A stretch of 64,000 bases of DNA from Psammoneis japonica (Eukaryota). Shown here one piece after another: positions 57,734 through 64,000 of the stretch. Position 1 is the first letter of the stretch. Every line of letters starts with the position of its first letter. The DNA lies in NCBI GenBank assembly GCA_008632985.1, contig QPGO01000022.1, positions 558,001 to 622,000 of the forward strand, written 5' to 3'. Made by a program: the position numbers and the translations under genes. Under the pieces are notes generated by a model. That model worked only from the letters and a program-made list of their open reading frames with translations, was not told where the DNA came from and made no database searches.

Positions 57734-58357
57734 CTAAGCTGGATTAATCATGGATCCTCCGGGCCGCAATCCACCAACCCCCGAAGGAAAAGGTCCCCGC
57801 ATATCTGGATCAATCCCTTGATACTCCATGGTTCCTCGATCTCCGTTAAAGTCCGGCGCTCTTTTGTCTTTTGTGTAAAGCACTTCACCCGTAAGCTCAT
57901 CTTGCACATCCACAAAGTCCTCTAGTTGTTGTGGATCTGGCACGTTGACTGATAGAATTTCTGGCATGCGTGCATTGAGCCACATGGCTGCCCGTCCCAA
58001 CACAAAGGATCGTTTATGCCAGAATTTCCCGTGCAGTTCCAAGATCACCTCTGGCCCCTGAAGCTCGACAAATCCAATCCAGCCGGTAATGCCGTAAGAG
58101 GAAGGAAGATCGTGACATCCAAACATTTGCTTTCCATAGTCAGAATCAACTAATTCCTTCAAGCACTGTTTAACATTATCCTCATCCAGATGCATCGTAT
58201 CCACTACCGCGTCGGATCGCCAGTCATCGTAAACGTTGGAAAACAGCGGTTCGCAACAGCTTTCTATTCTCGTTGTCGACGCGGGTTTGACAAGTACAAA
58301 GGCATGAGATACATCGAGGAGAAAACTCGAAAAGAACAGCAAAAGCAGACACAACAT
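57734..58357 (-). CDS. Probable plastid-targeted protein with NifU-C-like fold
   Basis: MLCLLLLFFSSFLLDVSHA-F presequence. GITG..FVELQGPEVILELHGKFWH..ARMPEI resembles a NifU C-terminal fold but lacks CxxC. Confidence 0.65.
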   Translation of the reverse strand: MLCLLLLFFSSFLLDVSHAFVLVKPASTTRIESCCEPLFSNVYDDWRSDAVVDTMHLDEDNVKQCLKELVDSDYGKQMFGCHDLPSSYGITGWIGFVELQGPEVILELHGKFWHKRSFVLGRAAMWLNARMPEILSVNVPDPQQLEDFVDVQDELTGEVLYTKDKRAPDFNGDRGTMEYQGIDPDMRGPFPSGVGGLRPGGSMINPA

Positions 58358-58654
58358 TATTCCAAAAAAGAAACAAACATCAACGACAACAACAACAGCG
58401 GTGCGGCAAAACCAACAGCAACGCGAGTGTGAAATCAAATCGTAATAGCGAGCAGCGAGCGCGCGCTCATAATGAGGACTCAGGACGAGCAACTGACTCG
58501 CTCCAGACTTGGAACTCAACTTCAAACAACTTTTCGTCGGTGTCTTAGGTTCGCTGTTGTTGTTGCTTCCAGAAGCAGTTGTTTGGTGTTTGTTTGCTTT
58601 AGCTCTGTCACCACATCGACGAACGATTGTAAAGGGATACTGAATGAACTCGAC

Positions 58655-60775
58655 ATGAATTTTACAGCAAAAGCCTGTTTTTCATTTTTGGCTATTGATT
58701 TCGGCGTTGCGCTCGGATACTTACCAATAGACACATGTCGGCTCAGGCGTTTCCGTGGATCAGCGGTCCAGACAATAGTTCCGAGATCAGCCTCAGGTGC
58801 TGATATCGAACAGCCACCAGCCGGTGATGAGTTGATCCCTGAGGCATCCGGCGCTGTGTCACCATTGATCTCCGGCGACGGACCATCGCGCGGAAAGGTG
58901 AACGAGATTGATTTTTGCATTGCACCAGCCGATGTTTCGCTGTCAAGGTCTTATGCAGCATCTGCCGCGGTCGACTCGTCCGCAGCGGCGTCGCCCAGAC
59001 TGTTTTCATTAACGAGAGCGCTGAACAATGCTTCGAACCGAGCTGTCCGACGCATCCTTTTGGCACGCTCCTGGCCTTCTGCGGAAGCATTGAATCTGAG
59101 TTTGCGGCAAGTTCTAGCGGCCGACAAGCAAAGAAAGGAACAAGAAATGAGAATGCAAGAAGAAGGAGCAACAGACTCGTCATCGTCGGCCAAGTGTCCG
59201 GTACCGCGACCAATTCTAAACATCCTGGTTGGACAGAAGAACAAGGACTCGCAACCCATCCCACGTGGCAGGACCGACGAAGAATATGTTGCAGACCAAC
59301 TTACATCTTTTCGAGACAAATATAGCGCCATCCCCGGATTTCCTTTCGCTGAAGCATACTTGGAATGCATTCTGAGTCTAGCGACCAGTGGCGTTGAATC
59401 GCCTCGTGTCTCCGAAGTCATGGCTGCTGGTGTGTATGATGAGTCCTATAGACGTGTTGTTGCTGTATTGAAAACTGTCGGTGCTGTATTTGAAGATGGA
59501 GGTGAAGGTAACCAAAAGATCGCCGCCAAACTAGTTGATCAGGATTTTTGTCTCTCGATGTTAGACAAGATCTCTCTGAAGCAAGAACTCACACAGCCAA
59601 GTGCGCCCGAGAACAACGAAACTACGACTTCACAACCAGAAACTGCACTCTTAAAAACAGAGAAGGTACACGAGCTTCCATTACCAGAAGAGGTCGACGA
59701 TAAAGAGGAGAGCCGTTCCAGGCGACGCAAGCTCAAATTTTGGCGAAATAATGACAACAACTCGGAGAGCGGAGGGCAAAAAGCACCACTTGTACGCGAC
59801 AAAGAATGCAGTGACGGATCATCAACAAACGAGGACGAAGAGGATGATACTAGTAATGGGCTTACAGACGAGGATCTAGGTGGTGTTCTCTTGAGTGCAG
59901 AGGAACCAAGCATGACTCGACAGCTCAACGTCTTGTCCAACATTGTCCAACGGGCACTACTATTCGGCGGCGACCAAGAGCTCCTTGTCTTGTCCGAAAC
60001 CCTTGCCGCCGATACCCCGGCATTCATTCAACGTTGGTATCGTGGTACTTCACTTTCCCGTGAAGAAGGCGAAGTCGAAACACGCCCTGGTGTACAGTAT
60101 CTCAACTGTCTTGTTCAACTGCTCCGAGATTGCTACAACAATGGTGTTGTAACTACGATGGCCCCTCCTTTGAAGCTCATTCCCAGTTACGATAACGCGT
60201 ATGAGCGTCTTATTGCGTCACTAGTAGAATTAGGGAGTGGCTACATTCGACTCATCAGTGGGTCGCAAAAAATGCCGGTTCCAAGAACTGCACAAGAGGA
60301 ACTAGGCCGATTTGCTGTGTGGGAGTCAAACTTTCGGAAGACCACACCTGATATTTCATCCTACCCCGAGGACCTAGAAGGCTCGTGGCAAGTCATGGAC
60401 GAAATTGGTGGCGAGATGATCGGTAGTTCAACTGTTGTATTAAAGAGTCAGGGACGAGTGGATGTTGCTCCTCCAATGGAGGGTTTGCGATGGCGACTTG
60501 ATCCAGGGCCGACTCACCTCGATACCTGCACGTTTCAAGTCTTGGGAGAAGATGGAACAATTTTGCAATACCGTGGCTTCATTGACCGTGGTGCCCGATT
60601 GGAAGCGCGTTTTTCGAAAAGGCCAATTACAATTCGCGGCTCGGTGATGTTTCAAATGCGGGATGGTGAATCTGCCTTAATGGGCGAAGGCTATTGGAAA
60701 GACATGTTACCGGTTAATTACAAGACGGGCACGACAAAATTTGTAATGACAAAGACTACAGAAGCAAAACAATAA
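58655..60775 (+). CDS. Hypothetical protein (706 aa), possible signal peptide
   Basis: Long intronless ORF, head-to-head with the previous gene. The ATG at 58655 precedes a hydrophobic segment. Confidence 0.75.
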   Translation: MNFTAKACFSFLAIDFGVALGYLPIDTCRLRRFRGSAVQTIVPRSASGADIEQPPAGDELIPEASGAVSPLISGDGPSRGKVNEIDFCIAPADVSLSRSYAASAAVDSSAAASPRLFSLTRALNNASNRAVRRILLARSWPSAEALNLSLRQVLAADKQRKEQEMRMQEEGATDSSSSAKCPVPRPILNILVGQKNKDSQPIPRGRTDEEYVADQLTSFRDKYSAIPGFPFAEAYLECILSLATSGVESPRVSEVMAAGVYDESYRRVVAVLKTVGAVFEDGGEGNQKIAAKLVDQDFCLSMLDKISLKQELTQPSAPENNETTTSQPETALLKTEKVHELPLPEEVDDKEESRSRRRKLKFWRNNDNNSESGGQKAPLVRDKECSDGSSTNEDEEDDTSNGLTDEDLGGVLLSAEEPSMTRQLNVLSNIVQRALLFGGDQELLVLSETLAADTPAFIQRWYRGTSLSREEGEVETRPGVQYLNCLVQLLRDCYNNGVVTTMAPPLKLIPSYDNAYERLIASLVELGSGYIRLISGSQKMPVPRTAQEELGRFAVWESNFRKTTPDISSYPEDLEGSWQVMDEIGGEMIGSSTVVLKSQGRVDVAPPMEGLRWRLDPGPTHLDTCTFQVLGEDGTILQYRGFIDRGARLEARFSKRPITIRGSVMFQMRDGESALMGEGYWKDMLPVNYKTGTTKFVMTKTTEAKQ

Positions 60776-61170
60776 GCATTTATTCTTCCTGCTCGGTCAT
60801 TTTCATAGAATCTAGCACCATTGTCTATTTGATGAATCACCGAAGGATTTTTCACATCCTCGGGTTTGTTGACGTCTATTGCGACCACTTGTTACTTTTT
60901 GTAGTCGCTTCTTAATGCGGCCGCCAAAGAATGTGTTCTTTTTTAACTGGATCCGACTTGTAAACTATAGAAGCAAACAAAAAAGCACACCATTCTTCCT
61001 CCTCGGTCATTTTCATAGAATCTAGAACCACTGTCTTTTTGATGAATCGCCAAAGGATTTTTCACATCCTCGGGTTTGTTGACGTCCATTGCGACCACTT
61101 GTTACTTTTTGTAGTCGCTCCTTATGCGGACGCGATGTAATGTGCTCTTTTAACTGGATTGGACTCGTAA
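60760..61170. repeat. ~210-bp diverged tandem duplication of the shared 3' region of two convergent genes
   Basis: 60782-60960 aligns with 60992-61167. Confidence 0.8.
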
Positions 61171-62068
61171 ACTGTTTGCGACATAATCGACAGAATGAGG
61201 CTTTGCGCTCCATATCAACCGCCACCTTGTGGAACTGAGACCGTTTATGTGCAAGAAACTCGGGCTCGTTTGGCAGCTGTACAGCACATACGCGACAGTA
61301 AAACGGAAGTCGTTCCGACGAACGTGCCACATACCCATTCAAAACTTCCTTGACAGCTTCTCTAAGTCCATCGCTCACTTGAGCAGCCGTTTTCTTCTTC
61401 TTTGCCTGGGGATCGGCAGCGTCGATACCTTTGAGTGTTCTCTTTTTGTTCTGAGGCAAGCACGCGGATGGTAGAGGCGCAATTCTGTCATGAGAAAGCG
61501 CAGATAGCGACACAACACCCGCTTTAGCCGTATTCTGTTCTCTGTCTCTGCCAGGTGGATGTTGTTTGGTCGAATCTATTCTGAAAGAAACTCTTGGATT
61601 ATGAACCTCATTCGTTTCGTCAAAGGAGGAAGCATCAGAAGAGTGAGATTCTTGTTCTCCCATTTCTAATTCCGCTTCCAGTCTTCTAATTTTTTCATCG
61701 ACATCATCACTTTCTTTGTTCCTATGTTGCGACTCGCCTTTCACGTCCGCTTTTTCGCCGTGGGTTCTCCTTCGTAGCATTTCTGCAAAAGGGACGTCAC
61801 CTTGTGCAGAAGTTTCACCAACGAAAGAACTTGAGTGCTGTGATATCGACGTACTAAAGCGATATTGTTCTCCATCTTTCGACAGAACAACTCGACCATC
61901 CTGTGCTAATTTCGCCAGCGCCTTCTTCACGTGCTTTTTCTTCACATCAACGCAAGCACATTTCGCTTTCGTCTCCTTCAGTAGCTCCTTCCTCGACCAG
62001 TATTTTTCCGATGAATTATTCTTTTTTAACTTCAAAAGAGCTTGTTCCGCTTGATGCACTGGCTTCAT
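61022..62068 (-). CDS. Zinc-finger protein (two matrin/U1-type C2H2 fingers)
   Basis: FYCRVC..HKRSQFH and SFCRLC..HITSRPH, with a basic N-terminus. Confidence 0.8.
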   Translation of the reverse strand: MKPVHQAEQALLKLKKNNSSEKYWSRKELLKETKAKCACVDVKKKHVKKALAKLAQDGRVVLSKDGEQYRFSTSISQHSSSFVGETSAQGDVPFAEMLRRRTHGEKADVKGESQHRNKESDDVDEKIRRLEAELEMGEQESHSSDASSFDETNEVHNPRVSFRIDSTKQHPPGRDREQNTAKAGVVSLSALSHDRIAPLPSACLPQNKKRTLKGIDAADPQAKKKKTAAQVSDGLREAVKEVLNGYVARSSERLPFYCRVCAVQLPNEPEFLAHKRSQFHKVAVDMERKASFCRLCRKQFTSPIQLKEHITSRPHKERLQKVTSGRNGRQQTRGCEKSFGDSSKRQWF

Positions 62069-62229
62069 ATCTCTAGCGACTCCCACTTCCCACTCTCGAA
62101 CCTCTCTCTAAGACTCTTTCTGCTGTACCAAACAGAATAAGAGCGACGAACGTCGAGCGTCAGCGTCTTTGTTCGTTCGCGATGATGGGTTGCCGTTCGT
62201 TTGGTGAAAGGGCGAGAGACAGACGGAAC

Positions 62230-64000
62230 ACCGATGTGTCGAGCGAGCGCTCGCGAGCGAGCGAGCGAGCGCTCGCGAGCGAGCGATCCATCCACAGGAT
62301 CTGTCTCGCTTCTGCCTGCGGTTCACCAGCAAACTGGGTGAAGCAGGGACCTTCGTGGACTGGACTGGTGTGTTGATGGACACGTGCACGAGCCTTGCAT
62401 CGTCCAATCCCAAGCTGGACGGCTGGGCCAGAGGGGTGGGCAAGGTGGGGGTGTTTGGGGCTGTCTCTCTCTGTTTCACTCTCTGCTGTGATGATGATCA
62501 GCTGCTGTTGTTGCCGCGCTGCTTTTTGGAAGAGCTGCAAACGGAAAGCAACGAGGTGTGAGTTGCTCTCTGCTGAACACAAGCAGTCAATTGCTTGTGG
62601 TGGTTGGAATGACTGCAATGGTTGGAGGAGCATTTCAATGGTCACGAGAGGGCTCCACCTCACCTTGTCGAGCTGCTTGAGGCAGAGCTGGGGCGGTGCC
62701 ACACCCTCCGTTCACCTGTGTGGTTCACTGGCAAACTGGGGAAAACAAGAGTCTTCTTGGACAGGCCTGGTTTTGTCAGTCAGACACCACATGAAGTGTG
62801 TGAGAGACTCTGACTCGGGACCCGTGCCATGCACACACACTGGGAGGAGTTGGCCTGGTGGGTGAGGGTGCAACTGGAGAAGGATGTGGCATCATGGCCC
62901 GCCAGCAGGCATGGGGACATTGGCATTGGCTAAGATGGAGGTTGAAGTCACTGGCAAGCATTTCTTGGGCAAAGTTGTGCATGGTGGGCTCTGCTTGGTG
63001 GGGTGATGGCATCGCAACATTCAGTCAGAATGCTGCCTGCCCAAGAGGAGTCATGCCAGATCAGCATCCACATGGGCACAGAAAACAATGCCATGGTGCC
63101 TGCTGTGGCATGACAACACTGAGCAGAAATGTCAGAGATCATGTGGCCAAAGTTGGCTGGGTCAAGAGCAACAACAGTGCTGTGCAGAAGAATGCGGGCA
63201 ATGTTGGCTGGCCCTGAGAGACATGACACCAGGCATCAATGTGAAAACATGTGCCAAGGGGCATGTGTCAGAATGTGCTCCATGGGTGCTGCACAAGCAT
63301 TTGGTGCAACAGACTGGAGCATGGGTGGGGCACAAATTGTGGTGGCCTAAAAAGCCTGGGCTCCAATTGCTTCCCCACGCATGCTGTTTTTCTGGGCTGT
63401 GAAAGCAAAGGCAGAGAAGAAAGCAGCGGCATGATCAAGTTGTGCATCAGGAACTTGGAACAAGTCCACACAGTGGCCACCTGTGGTCAGGCAAACACTG
63501 TCAAGGTGGAAAAGTGTCACATTGGATGGGGTGGTGGCACACTCTCTGCGACATGGCAGGGAAAAAAATGTGATGGCTGTCATGTCACCATCACAGCTTG
63601 GGCACCTGGTTGTTTGCTGGTGGCTGCTGCACACACGACATCCGCAAGAGGATGGCAATGGGGGGCTGGCTTTACCCAGCGTGGCAGTGGATCCTCTTTT
63701 TCTTTTGCAAAATGAACTTGGCGGGAAAGCCACAAATCCATCTTGCCCAACTTTTCTCAACTTTCTGCCAACACAAATGACAGCAACATGTGCAGCAATT
63801 CATTGTTGCTGACAATGTGAGCCTGTCAAGCTGCTCCAAGTGTGTGGGTGGGTTGTTGTCATGAACAGTGCATTTTGAGTTGATCACCTTTGCTCAAACT
63901 TGATTTCTTTCAACTCCAAGAAATCATGGTTGCTCTTCTCACATGAGAGTTTTGAACTGCAGAGACGGAGGAACAGCTTTGTCCACTCACTGGGGGGAAC
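62230..64000. repeat. CpG/TpA-depleted degenerate block, probably a transposon remnant, running off the window; begins with a GAGC-repeat palindrome
   Basis: Abrupt compositional switch at about 62300 to TG/CA-rich sequence with almost no TA. Internal ~60-bp repeat at 62311 and 62711. Confidence 0.6.

Overview
Eukaryotic nuclear DNA, very probably a diatom: short GT-AG introns, bipartite signal peptides with A-F cleavage motifs and a silicanin-like gene. The window is gene-dense, with about 20 genes including PTPA, purC, a SET-domain protein, ERdj3, NDUFB4, tyrA and cysC. Mobile DNA includes a Mutator-like element (9-bp TSD) containing a nested Sola1 transposon (ATTT TSD), a decayed CRE-clade non-LTR retrotransposon, two TIR-bounded arrays of a palindromic 75-bp unit, a MITE and a mosaic segmental duplication. 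The strongest unexplained signal is a repeat-restricted mutation pattern. Transposon interiors and the 19.8-28.5 kb and 62.3-64 kb blocks have lost nearly all TpA, converted to TpG/CpA (Tyr->Cys/His), as well as CpG. This is the opposite direction to fungal RIP. It is polarised directly by a gene-derived tandem duplicate and is a candidate undescribed genome-defence mutagenesis system. All calls are by eye; no searches were run.
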